Below are positions 48,731-59,923 of a stretch of DNA of 64,000 nucleotides, piece after piece (the first letter of the stretch is position 1; the number at the start of each line of letters is the position of its first letter). Position numbers and translations under genes: made by a program. The notes below the pieces were generated by a model. That model searched no databases, had not been told where the DNA came from, and saw nothing but the letters and a program-made list of their open reading frames with translations. Source of the stretch: Emiliania huxleyi CCMP1516. Its lineage: Eukaryota. Location of the stretch: assembly GCF_000372725.1 (NCBI RefSeq), contig NW_005202428.1, positions 2,407,791-2,471,790 of the forward strand. The letters are read 5' to 3'.

Positions 48731-48805
48731 AATCCCTGTGTGGTGGCGGCGTGCCGTCCTCCCATCCCTCCCTTGGGTTGTCTGTGTTCTTTCTTTCTTT
48801 CTTTT
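48731..48805 (+). mobile_element. 75-bp family C 3' tip
   Basis: 13-bp TSD ACCCTCGGTATGT at 48718-48730 and 48806-48818. Confidence 0.9.
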
Positions 48806-49506
48806 ACCCTCGGTATGTTCGTAAGAAAGAACCACATACGACCAAAAAGACAAAACAACACGGGGGTGAACACAGCTAGGAACACTGCTACGTGGGACTA
48901 GCACACCTCTGTCAAGAGTCCCCAGAAACGAGGAGTCACACAGTCCACCTGTGTGTGTGATGCACGCCCTGTGTGATGCACGCCCTGCGAGCGGGGCGGG
49001 GTGCGCAGGTGCGCACTGTGACTCTGTGCCTCTGTGTTCGTGCGTCGCCCATCTCTCCTGGAGGTGACTGATCTATTTATTTACTGCTACGAGGGAAGAA
49101 AGAAAGAATTGACGGGGGAACGGGGGTGGGAGAACGGAACACAAACGCGGGCACAAAGCTCAAAGGAAATCGGCTGTGATGGCGAAACGCGGATCCTCTT
49201 ATCTAGCCGTCGGAGGGACTCCGTTTGCCGCGAGGGGTCTCCCTGAGGGGTCTCCCTGGGTGGTCTCTCTGGGGGGACTCCCTAGGGGGACTCGCTGGGG
49301 GGGGTCCCTGGGGGATCTCCATGGATGCTTGGGGGCTTCCATCAATCGCTGGGGGGCTGCCCATGAATCGCTGGGGGGTGGGGGGAAGGGGGCAACGAGG
49401 CGCAGCCCCGCCCGAAGGCCGCGCAACGATTGGGACGCCAGTTGCGGAGAGTTTTTCTCCGAACTCGCACTGCCCCGCGTCGAGAGAGAACGCCACCATC
49501 TGAGAT

Positions 49507-50412
49507 ATGACGAGGCTCTTGCTGCTGCTGTGCGCCTGCCTCGCAGCGATCTGCGAGGCGGCGCTGCTCGCGCCGCCGGCATTCTCCTCGCGCCAAAGCC
49601 TCGCGGGGCGCGCGCCCAGCACGCGTGCGTCGCTCGTCGAGCGGTTGAGAGGCGGCGCTGCAGACGAGGACGAGGACGAGGACGAGGATGGGGACGAGCT
49701 GGACGAGGAGCTGGAGGGCGGCGGCGAGGAGGTGGCGGTGGACGACGACGGGCCGAGTCTTGCCAACCCTTTCCTGGGCGGCGGCGGCGGCGCCGGTGAG
49801 CCGCCTGCCCGCGCCGGTCGCATTGGAAGAGGCCTCTGTGGGTGGCCTAAACTGACGCACGCACGCTGTGCAGGAGGGCTGGGCGGCCTGTCGGAGATCA
49901 CCAAGTCGCTGCAGGACCCGGCCACCCTGCAGAAGGCTCTCAAGGAGCTGCAGGACCCAGCCACCCAGGCGCTATGCCAGCCAGTCGCTGTGGTGGCGAG
50001 GGAGGCTGAGCCACCCTCACACCTCGGCCCCTTCGCGGCGGCAGGAGCGGTTCAAGCAGATGATGGAGGACCCGGCCTTCCTCGAGTCGATGAAGGCCTA
50101 CGCCGAGCAACTCACCAAGGACCCCATGTTTGATCAGCTCAAGGAGCAAGCCGAAAAGATGATGTGCGCCCGACCCAGACTATCCGAGAATCGCCGAGCT
50201 TGGACGAGATTGGTCGAGATTGGCAGAGGATGAGGGCGCGCCGCCGCGCCGCCGCCGCCCCCAGCTGCCGTGGTGCCCCCGCCAGGTCGGACCCGGCCTT
50301 CATGGAGGAGATGCAAAAGGCGATGGCGGACCCGAGTCTGATGGGTGCGCTCGCCGGCATGGGCGGGGCGCCGGGTGGCGCCGGATCGGACGAGGAGGAC
50401 GGCGATGAGTGA
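49507..50412 (+). CDS. STI1/DP-repeat protein with signal peptide and LRGG motif, 4 exons
   Basis: Repeated LQDP/MEDP/MSDP/MADP motifs; acidic tract. Confidence 0.75.
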
Positions 50413-50686
50413 GGGCGCCGGCACCAAACCCGGGCCACCGGCCGCTCGTGCGCGTCGGGCGGGGAGAGAGGAACAGGCGCAGCCGCAGGCGGGTCGAGGG
50501 TTGGGCGGTATCTGCATCGAGGCCAAAAGTAAACGTTTCCCGCACACCGGTCTCCGGCGCGCACTCCGGTGAGCGCGGTCACCGTGTGTGCGCAACCGGC
50601 CACCAACAGGCAAAACGCGGGGACCCCGACCGCGAGACCTTTACCGACCTAGCACCAACGCAGGCTCAACCGCCTTCGCCAAAAGG

Positions 50687-51112
50687 TTACGAAAAGATGA
50701 GGTTATAATCGCGGTGCGCATCTCCGAGGCCGGCGTCTGTGTACATTGTGAGCAGCAGGCTCTTTGTCACGCCGCGATGTGGCGCAGCGCCAAGCTCCTC
50801 GCAAATCGCGACGAACGCTGGGTGAGGCAGCTCACCGCCAGTGGCCAGCCCGAGCGCGCGCAGCTCGTCAAAGTTGAGATAGCCGTCACCGTCCGCATCA
50901 AAGCGGTCAAAGATGGCGTCGCTTTTGCGCTTCGTCTCTGCCGCGTCTCGGCGCCGTGCGACTTCAGCGATGACCTGCTGCTCTCGCGTCACCTCCGGCT
51001 CCACGAACTGAGCTCCCTCCGACTCGCTGATCGCTGCAGCGAGAGCGTCCATCGCTCGGTCCTCCGACTCCATGTCGTCATCGGAGCCGGAGGCTTCATG
51101 CTGGTGCGACAT
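50687..51112 (-). CDS. EF-hand protein
   Basis: IFDRFDADGDGYLNFDEL. Confidence 0.8.
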   Translation of the reverse strand: MSHQHEASGSDDDMESEDRAMDALAAAISESEGAQFVEPEVTREQQVIAEVARRRDAAETKRKSDAIFDRFDADGDGYLNFDELRALGLATGGELPHPAFVAICEELGAAPHRGVTKSLLLTMYTDAGLGDAHRDYNLIFS

Positions 51113-51183
51113 CCCTCGTTCAAGGCTGCCGTCGACGACACCACCGCGTATGGCAAAAAGAATTTTGGCCGGCGCGGGACTGC

Positions 51184-51816
51184 GCCGTCCTCCCATCCCT
51201 CCCTTCTTGTCTGTTTTCTTTCTTTCTTTACTCTGCGAGGAGGGCGACACACCTGTGGTAATCCCGTCGGCAGCTGTCACGATACACCCGAAGGGGACCC
51301 CAGCGCCAACATCATCTGTGGAAGTACAAGTAAGTGTTCGAAGAGAGAGTGGACCTGAGCAACGATACGACCTGGCGGCAAATGATCGCAGTGGGCGTCA
51401 GAACACAGAAGAGTCGTCCTTGCCGCTTGCGCGAGGAGAGCTCGATAAACTCGAGGGAGGGGCCAAAATATGCCGCGAGCAGGGCAGAGCTGCGCCGAAA
51501 GGCGAGAGAAGAAGCGAGAGCAAGGGAGCGGCAGGCAGCGGCGGCGTCGCAGAACGAGGCAGAGGAGAGCGACGCGACAGAGGAAGAAGCGACAAGGGAG
51601 AGAACGAAGAGAGTGGGACGACCGCGAGGTGGCATGATCCATGAAGGTTGCAGCGAGAATCGGCGGAGAGACTGCGAAGAGAGATAGGAAGAGGCGGACG
51701 CCCAAGGGTGGGCGACGGCTAGCGCATCACACCCCTCTCCTTAAAATCCCTGTGTGGTGGCGGCGTGTCGTCCTCCCATCCCCTACCTTGGGTTGTCCGT
51801 TTTCTTTCTTTCTTTT
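51184..51816 (+). mobile_element. Two tandem family C fragments (51184-51229, 51241-51816)
   Basis: TSD ACTCTGCGAGG at 51230-51240 and 51817-51827. Confidence 0.85.
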
Positions 51817-51924
51817 ACTCTGCGAGGTCGGAACACACGAGCTCGTCAATGTCTCCGCCGCCTCGTCTTCGTCAGGTCCTCGTCCATGACTAGCGTCGCC
51901 GGCGACTCACACGATGCACCCGCT

Positions 51925-52150
51925 CGCGGCCCGCGGCCCTCGGCCCTCGGCCCGCGGCCCTCGCCCCTCGCCCTCGGCCCTCGCCCCGCGGCCCTCGGCC
52001 CTCGCCCCGCGGCCCTCGGCCCTCGCCCTGCGGCCCTCGGCCCTCGCCCCGCGGCCCTCGGCCCTCGCCCCGCGGCCCTCGCCCCTCGCCCCGCCGCCCT
52101 CGCCCCTCGCCCTCGCGCCCTCGCCCCTCGCCCTCGCGCCCTCGCCCTCG
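51925..52150. repeat. 7-bp-unit (G[G/C]CCCTC/GCCCCGC) minisatellite with a 21-bp higher-order period
   Basis: Seen directly. Confidence 0.9.
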
Positions 52151-52179
52151 TTTGCGTTGAGGGGGCTCTCATGGCAACG

Positions 52180-52790
52180 ACCCGGGGGGGGGGGGGGGGG
52201 GGGGGAAAACCGCCCCCACACCCGGAAGCAAACAAACCGAAGGGGGGGGCCGGCCACCCCGGGGGGAAAAAAACAAACAAACGGGGGAAGGGTTTGGCCT
52301 TTCCGAGGGTTTCCGGCAACCCAGAGGGAAACCAGAGGGTCCCCACAGCACTTTGCGTTTCCGGAAGTTTCCAGGGAAACCAGAGGGTGTTTGGTGCTCC
52401 ATTCTGTTTCTCTCGAGTTTCCCTCGGGAAACTCGCGAGTTTCCCTGAGTCTGAGAGCTGGTCTGGGGCAAAATCTGAAAATTGAGGAAATCGGCACGAT
52501 ACCCAGGTATTTTCCAGGTATACCGGGGTTTTCCAGGTATACCCGCAAAATACCCGGTATTTTGCCGATTTTGGCCCCAAAACAGCCTCAGACACGGCTC
52601 AGAGCCCCCCCAAAATGACGAATTCCACGGAGTTTCCCCGGGGTTTCCCGAGGAAACTAGAGGGTGTTGTAGGGAAACGAGCAGGAAACACGGAAAGGAA
52701 ACCAGGTAGGGTGCGAGAGGAAACCCTCGGAAAGGCCAAGGAGGGGTCCCCACGGACTGGGTGGGTGGGGGGGGGTTGGGGTTCAGGCTC
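52180..52790. repeat. Degenerate GGAAAC/GTTTCC-rich array, TE subterminal-like
   Basis: Repeated GGAAACCAGAGGGT-type motifs and homopolymer runs. Confidence 0.5.
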
Positions 52791-53019
52791 GGTCTCGAGG
52801 GCTCGGTGCACAGCGCGCACGCCGAAGGAGTCCGCAGCGAAGCTCGTGTTGCGCCCTGTCTCTCTCGTGGCAATGTAATCGGAAAACTGCTACGCGATCG
52901 TGCGTCCCTATCCACAGCGCCGAGTTCGCGCCCGAGCTCATCGCCCGGATTAAGCGTGGAACGCTCCATCAAGCCAGCATCATTCTGGCCCCTGAGGCGC
53001 TCGTGCTGCCACGCAGGGC

Positions 53020-54084
53020 TTGATGTGCGCTGCGAGCGCCGAGCCTAGCGCAGAAGAGCTGCAGCTGCATAGGAGACACGACCACGGCGCAGATGTCTGG
53101 GAGGGGGTGCACGTGTGCGTGGAGAGGAGCTCTTCTCGGCTGACCTTCGAGGAGGAGAGGCGAGAAGTTTATCGCTGCGCTCTCGCGTGGCTCAAGGCGC
53201 AATGGCTCTCAAAGGTCAACCCCCCACAACCACACAAGCACGACACAGAAGGCTCACGTGTCTAGGCGAGTCTCGAGGCGGTCTTGGACGAGGACAGCGA
53301 GCCTGATTCGGAGCTGACAGCGTCGGCGCAACGCGAGTGGGAGGGCGAAGGCAGCGCGGCAGCGCCGCGGTACGACGACATAGGGAGCGACGTAGAAGAG
53401 TGGGATGGGGGCCGAGGATGCTTTGCGGCTGCGCCACCGCGGAAGGTGGTGCCCATATCGCCTGAGGACCTGGCGAACGCGCCGTCCAAGCGCCAGGTGG
53501 AGCCCTCGGTCTCAGCGAGCGGTGGAAGGCGGCTCACCGCCAAGAGCAGACCGTTCTGGGCGCTTGAACTCGAGCGGAAGGCTAACGCGGCGCAAGGAGA
53601 GGATCCGCAGCCGCTTCAGCCACCCGTACATCCTCCCATTCCCCACGCCTCTCCGGGAAGCGGCATCCAGTCTCGCATAGCAGCGGGCGCATGCATCTCA
53701 GAGGAAGAGGCGTATCGGCTAATCTTCTACGCGACAGACGAGGAGTATTGCGCAATATTCGGCGAGCGTGAGCCGCCACTGGCGGCGGCCGTGATGCCGC
53801 ATCGGCCTGCATCCCACCGAACGACGCACGCTGGCCGAACGGTGCACAATCCCTATGATAGGCGGGACGCGAGCTGCGCTTGCACCGAGACACTCGCACG
53901 CGCCACCGCCGCAGGTGTCAGGCCGATCGCTCGCGCCGTTCATGGAGCCGGAGGAGGGGCACGTGGTCCGACGCAAATGGTGGTCACGGGCGAAGCTGGG
54001 CAACGTAGAGGTGGTCACGGGGAGGCGAAGGTCGCAGGACCCGCACCAGCCGTGGTACGTGGGCGAGGAGTAGAGCTCAGCTAG
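53020..54084 (+). pseudogene. Broken hypothetical ORF series
   Basis: Successive protein-like ORFs 53020-53265, 53284-54084, 53855-54073; no domain recognised. Confidence 0.25.
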
Positions 54085-54895
54085 TTAGTGGCGCAGTGCA
54101 GTGGCCGGGTTGCCCCACCACAGCCGCAACCGCCGGCGCCGGGCGGGGGGCCGAGGAGTGGGAGCTGGGAGAGACCTCGTATTAGTTCTCATGTTCTCTG
54201 TGGACTCTGCTCTCTGGTCTGTGCGGCTCTCTATCGCATCGACTTTTCACGAACTTGAACTTGACGATACCAAAACTTCGTGTGGTTATTATTGTTCTCA
54301 TTCAGATTTGCCTTTCAATATACATCTCCACCCGGAATCCCGCTCTACGCGGACTATACGCGCTATATGGTCTATGCCGCGGATAACCCCGGCGCCCCAT
54401 GACGCGCCAAGGGTGTGCGGAGCTGCGGCGTCGCCGCGCCATGCGCCACATGGGGGGTTGGGTTGGCTCGATGGGCGGGACGACGCCAGCTCCCGTTGTG
54501 CGTTGAGCGATGAGAGCGTTGACCGCGTCCCGCGCGTTGTGTCGGCGTTGACCGTTGTCGTAAAAAAAATGTATATGTGCAGAGAGATCTCACAAGATCT
54601 CTTTCGCGGGGAGACGGAGACTGACAACCGCTATCCGGACTGGCGGCCAGGCGCCAGCGTGGGCCGGGCAACGACAGGCACATGCCTACCCTGCGCGTCG
54701 GTGTGACGCACTCATTCATCGCCGGTGCGCAACGACTGCGAGACTACTCCGCTGGCCGAATCCCCTTGACGCAAGCTACCCGCAGGCGGTCAGGCGCGCG
54801 AAGGTCCGCCCACCCTGCCGCGCCCACCCCCCCCCACCCCCCCCACCCGTCCCGCCGCTCGGGTTGGGGTTGGCGCGCAGCGTCGGGTCGCGGCA

Positions 54896-56507
54896 TCACG
54901 TGTTGGTCTTTTCGATGCGGATCTGCTTGTCAAAGAGCACCTGCTGGTTGAGCTGCGCCATCGCCATGTCGGCCGAGGCGGGGTCCGAGAACGAGACAAA
55001 GCCGTACCCCTTTGGCATGCCCGTGTCCTTGTCGATGGTCATCTCCGCGCGCAACAGCTCGCCGAACGGCTGGAAGGTCTGGCGCAGCAGGTCGTCGGAG
55101 AATGGCGGGCCCTGCCCCTTTGCGGCGACGAAAAGGTTGGCGCCGGGAGGGCCCTTGGTCTTACCACCCACGCGCGGGGCCATCCCCATGCCGCCGCCGG
55201 GCATGCCCATGCCGCCGCCCATCCGCCCCATCTCTGCCGGCTTCTCCCACGAGGAGGCGCCGGTGGACGCATTGTAGTAGTACAAGTGGCCGTCCGGCGA
55301 GTAGTGCTCGCTCCACGCGCCGCCGCCGCCGGGCGCGCCGCCCGGGCCTGGGTTCGGGTGGCCGTAGCCGTACCCCCCTCCCCCCCCGTGCCCTCCTCCG
55401 CCGTACGGGGGCGGGTAGCCCCCCCCCGGGTGGCCGTAGCCGGCGGGGGCGGCGTGCGGCGGCCGCTGCTGGAGCGCGCTGACGGCTTGCTGCCACTGCT
55501 GGCAGAGGGAGGAGAGCTCTGCGTGCTGCGCGCGGAGCTGCTGCACCTCGGCGCGCATCGCCTCAAGCTCCGAGTTGCCGCCGCCCTCCGCCGAGGCCTC
55601 CGCCGGGGCCGCAGCTGCAGCGCCGCCCTCCGAGCCAGCCTCTGCCGCAGCCCCAGCCTCGCCGGTGGCGCCATTCTCCGCCCCGTCGCCCCCCGCCGGC
55701 GGCGCCGCCGGCTCCTCCGAAGCAGGCTCCGACTCCGGCGCCGCCGCCTCCCCTCCAACTTCCGCCCCCGCCCCTGCCTCCGCCGCCGCCTCCGGCTCCG
55801 CAGCAGCCTCCGGCTCCGCAGCAGCCTCCGGCTCCGCCGCGGCCTCTGGCTCCAGTCTCGGCTTCTTGGCCGCGGGCTCAGGCGACGCCTCGGGCTCTGG
55901 CTCCGCAGCAGCCTCCGGCTCCGCCGCCGCCGCCTCCGGCTCCGCCACCGCCGCCTCTGGCTCCGCCACCGCCGCCTCTGGCTCCGCCGCCGCCGCCTCT
56001 GGCTCCGCCGCCGCCTCCGGTTCCGCCGCCATCGGCTCGGGCTCGGCGACCGGTTCTGGCGTGGGCTCGGCGACAGGCGCGGCCTCCTCGGCGGGCGGCT
56101 TGACGGGCGCCTCGGCCTCGGCCGCTGGGGCCTCCGCCCCAGCTGTCAGCGCCTCGTGTAGCCGCGCCGCCAGCTCCTTCTTGAGGCCGTTTGTTGGCAG
56201 CCCGCGGGCTCCGAGCGCCTCTTTGAGCTCAGCGACCTATCGGCGCGCGGCGGAGGCGGGTGGCCGGGAGGTGGCCGGCGGCCGACCGGGCGCGGGCGTC
56301 GGGGCGGCTGCTCGCGCTCAGTCCTGTTGAGCTTGATCTTTGGAGGCCCACCGAAGTGTCGCCACAAAGGTGTGTTTTGACATCCTCGCGAGAGCCGGCA
56401 CGCGCGGGGGAGGGCGCGCGGCGGCGCGCGGCGCGGCGGGGGCGAGCGCGGGCGCAGCTCACCTTGAGCCCGTTCACATCCTCCGGCGTGAGCTCCGTCG
56501 CCACCAT
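54896..56507 (-). CDS. SAP + Ala/Glu/Pro repeat + WW + CELF-type RRM protein, 2 exons
   Basis: LK|VAELKEALGARGLPTNGLKKELAARL; WSEHYSPDGHLYYYNASTGASSWEKP; GPPGANLFV..KGYGFVSF. Confidence 0.88.
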
Positions 56508-57568
56508 ATCTCTGCCCACTCACAGCAGGCAGCACACGATCGAGGAGGCCTCGGGAAAGAAGAACTCACTAGGAGAAGGTGCTCTGCGAACTGCCTCGCG
56601 CGAGGGGCGTGTGGCATCTCTCGCGAGTCTTGGAATAGTCTTCCCTGACCCCGCCCCCGCCGGCCCGCCTGCCCTGCCCGCCTGGCCGACAAGATCTCTT
56701 CACCTTCTCATTGGTGGAGTATAGGTACGAGAGGGGTGTGGCATCTCTTGCGGGTCTCGCCAGGGGCGCCTACTAACCTCGCTTGCGAGGGGCGTGTGGC
56801 ATGTCTGAACGGACTCGTGAGGGGTGCCTGCCTACCTCGCTTCGTCGAAGCGGCGCTTCATACCCACACCCACCCCGCCGCATTCGTCGCCGGCGCGCGA
56901 TACGTTCCCGTCGGCCGGACTGTCCTCGCCGAGTGCGTGCCGCTGAGGCGGGACGCACTCAGGGACAGTGCCGGCGGGACGCGGCTCGAGAGGCGGCTCC
57001 CGCGGAGGCACGGCTGGCACCCGTGGCGCGGGGCTCGTCTTCGGAAAGACCAGGATCGCTCTACTGGCAAACTTCTGGCTGACACGCGCGCCCGGTCGAG
57101 CCTTCGGTGGGCGCGCTGCGGTCGCACGCCTACCCAAGTCATATGCCACGGCGTGCGATCTAGATTCAGCACACGCGCCTCTCTGCTCGCATCCACTCAT
57201 CCAATGAACTGTCGTCACCCATGAGTGCGAGATAGGGCTAGCGGCTGGCCAATAGCCTGTGAGGAGGGCGTCCATAGACACCTCACAAGACCCCACACAC
57301 GGTCTCGTCCGTGCCTTGTGGCCGGCGACGAGATTGCTAGAGGCGGAGCAAGCCTGCTCTAGTCTCACACGTTCGCCCTGTCGCCTGTCTGTGTTGTTGT
57401 GCTGTTGTTTGTCTCTTGGCACCTTGGAGTGCTGGGGGGGGCGACAGGGGGGACGTGGCCTGAGTGATGTGTACGCCCACTCAGGATGTGTGGCAGCCCG
57501 CTGGCTGTGTGTCTCGTGAGCTTGTTTGTGTCTGTGTGTCGCTCGTGCGTGTCGTCATCATCTGTCTT

Positions 57569-57640
57569 GCGTCCACCCATACCGCGTTGGTGTCCAGTCC
57601 GAGCCTGACTGTTCTTCACCTTCCTACATACATACATACA
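57569..57640 (+). mobile_element. Family I 3' end with (TACA)n tail (probably extends further 5')
   Basis: rc of 11428-11500. Confidence 0.75.
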
Positions 57641-57934
57641 TAGCTCCCTCCGATCCTCTTCCCTGGGTTGTCGCTTTTCTTTCTTTCTTTCGGCGGCAAG
57701 GGCAAGGCCGCCAAGAAGGACTGGGCGAGCGTCGCGCGCGGACTCGCTGCCCGCTCCCCGTACGACGGCGGCCCCCGCCTCGAGTCCAACGAGGCCTCCC
57801 TCTACGAGGGGAGCGACGACGAGCTCTAGAAGCGGCCGCCGAGCCCTCCCCGCGGCGCAACTCTAGCAGCGCCGCGGGCAGGGCGGCTCGCACATCGCCC
57901 GCGCGCGCATCCGAGCGAGCGAGCGAGCGAGCGA

Positions 57935-57954
57935 GCACCACACATCACACACAC

Positions 57955-57993
<39 letters not shown>

Positions 57994-58040
57994 CACACAC
58001 ACACACACACACACACAAAACACACACACAAACACACACC
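57935..58040. repeat. (CA)n microsatellite
   Basis: Seen directly. Confidence 0.95.
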
Positions 58041-58101
58041 ACCCCAGAAAGCCTGAGGAGCTGTGCAGCGGCTAGATATGTCATATGTGTCTGTGTGCTG
58101 T

Positions 58102-58205
58102 TGTTATGACCCCCCCGATGAGCACACCAGCGAGGGAGGGCGAGACGATCGAGGGGTCCCGTACACCATGCGGAATCGACCCTATCCAGTGCTCAAGTGC
58201 TCAAG
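58102..58205 (+). mobile_element. 5'-truncated SINE-like family A copy
   Basis: 12-bp TSD TCTGTGTGCTGT at 58090-58101 and 58208-58219. Confidence 0.88.
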
Positions 58206-58432
58206 TCTCTGTGTGCTGTGTGGTGCGCCCTCCGAGCGGGGCGGGGTCTGCCCGTCGGGTTGTCGCCCATCTCTCGGGAGATGTCTGCTCTATTTATTTA
58301 TTTAGCGCAACCAGTGGGAGGCCCGCGCCTGCCCCCGTGGGCCGGGTGCAACCCCTGTCCTATACGAGAGAGGAATCCCTGGGACCCTTGTCGTGTGCCC
58401 CTGCTCTACGGGAAATCTTCTGTATATCGTGA

Positions 58433-59200
58433 ATGAATCGCCGAGTATCGCCTAATATCGCCTATATCGCGCTTCTGGCGACTGCACAGGGGGCGACAAG
58501 GGGTCGATGCGGCTCAGCGTGGAGCTTCCGAAGCAGCGCCGCAGAGTGCGCAAGGCGGTGTCTCGACTGCGAACGGTGCCGCTACATCTCGTTCTCCGTC
58601 GGCTTCCGCGACTGCTCTTGGTACGCTCTTCGGCCGAAGGCGGTCCAAATGTGGCGCGCCTCTCGACTCGCCGCGTGAGCGCCCCATTCGCCATGCATGT
58701 AGGTTCCATGCCTGCGACTTGGAGGCGCTCAACCAGCCGGCTAACCACTTCACAGCGCGGGTCACCGCCTCGTGGCTGATGGGCGCCTGAGGGGCCAGGA
58801 GTAACCAGGACGACACACCTGTGTACTCACAGAGAAGGTGGTACATTTTAGAGAGACAGAGTAGTAATCGCGAGCGCATCGATTACCCTCTTGCTGCCCA
58901 GGTTCCGACCCTCTGCGTGGCCGACTCACACAGCGAGCCTTCCTGTCTCCCTGCTGCTGATTCATCGGTCGTGCTCAGTCAAGATATTGTAGAGACCGAC
59001 CATATGCACAATATCTTGACTGAGAGCTAAGCCCAGTTCGACGATCGGCAGCCTCACCGCGGGTCGCGCCGCTGTGCAGCGAGAGCCAGGCTCGCCCGGC
59101 GAAGGTGACCAGAGAGTGCTCAACAAATACCAGAAAAAATCAGGGAGCCTCAGAGAGTGCCACTGCCATCACCCAGGCCGCGGGAGCCGATCGGCTGCGC
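58433..59200 (+). pseudogene. Decayed gene with a PAN/apple-like Cys module and a glycosyltransferase-like GDQ..LN motif
   Basis: ECARRCLDCERCRYISFS..DCSWY; GDQRVLNKY; stops in between. Confidence 0.4.
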
Positions 59201-59434
59201 CGAGGACAGCTCCCTCAGTGTGCTCCGCGGCTCACCAGTGTGCGCCGCGGCGCCGTCCAGCCACTTTGGCGGCCAGCCACCGGTCGAGTTCTTCGACTCT
59301 GGAGGACAGAAAGGTACCGTCTGAAAGGTATTTTCATGCTCTATTGACTGGCGAAAAAATCCCCCGCAAAATGTTTTCACAGCGGGCGTGATTCACACCG
59401 AAGCATGAGCAAAGCATCGGGCAGCAAGAGGTTA

Positions 59435-59923
59435 CTCGTGCACGATCCGTCCGTCCCGGTCCTCCTCCCGCGCCATGACGGTCGCAGGGTACCAGCGCTC
59501 GCTGTCGCAGAAGATCTCGAGGCGCGATCCGGTGGGCAGGACAGTGTGGCCGTCGAGCGCCGCCCTGGCATCCTCGCGCTGTCGCTTCCGCCGCTTCGCC
59601 TTCGTCTCCTTGCTGCGCAGCAGGGTGTAGTTCGGGCCCACCTCCGCCATGCTGTCCAGCACGTGGACGGCGCTCGCCATCTCGACCGCGTCGTCCTCCG
59701 GCGGAAGCTCCGCGTCGCTCGCGGCCGCTTCCCGAGCGCGCGCTCGTCGCGCATCCGCTCGTGGTCCGACGCGCCACGCCGGCGCCCGTGTGCCTCGCCG
59801 CCGCGTCCGGCGACGGCATCGATGCTGTCCGCACGAGCGTGACTCGCCACTCCACGACCTCCACGACCTCCACGGCCCTGACTGTCAATCGCACAACAGC
59901 GTGACTCCACGACCGCCGAAAAG
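59435..59923 (-). mobile_element. Repeat H copy 2 (Tudor-like ORF truncated)
   Basis: rc of 30341-30795. Confidence 0.7.

Noticed and set aside
51754..52972. Pro/Arg/Gly-rich ORFs
   Set aside because: Translations of the minisatellite and degenerate arrays; homopolymer-rich sequence may be low quality.
56595..56805. CRISPR-like array
   Set aside because: Only three imperfect repeats with unequal spacers, no cas genes, and eukaryotic context.
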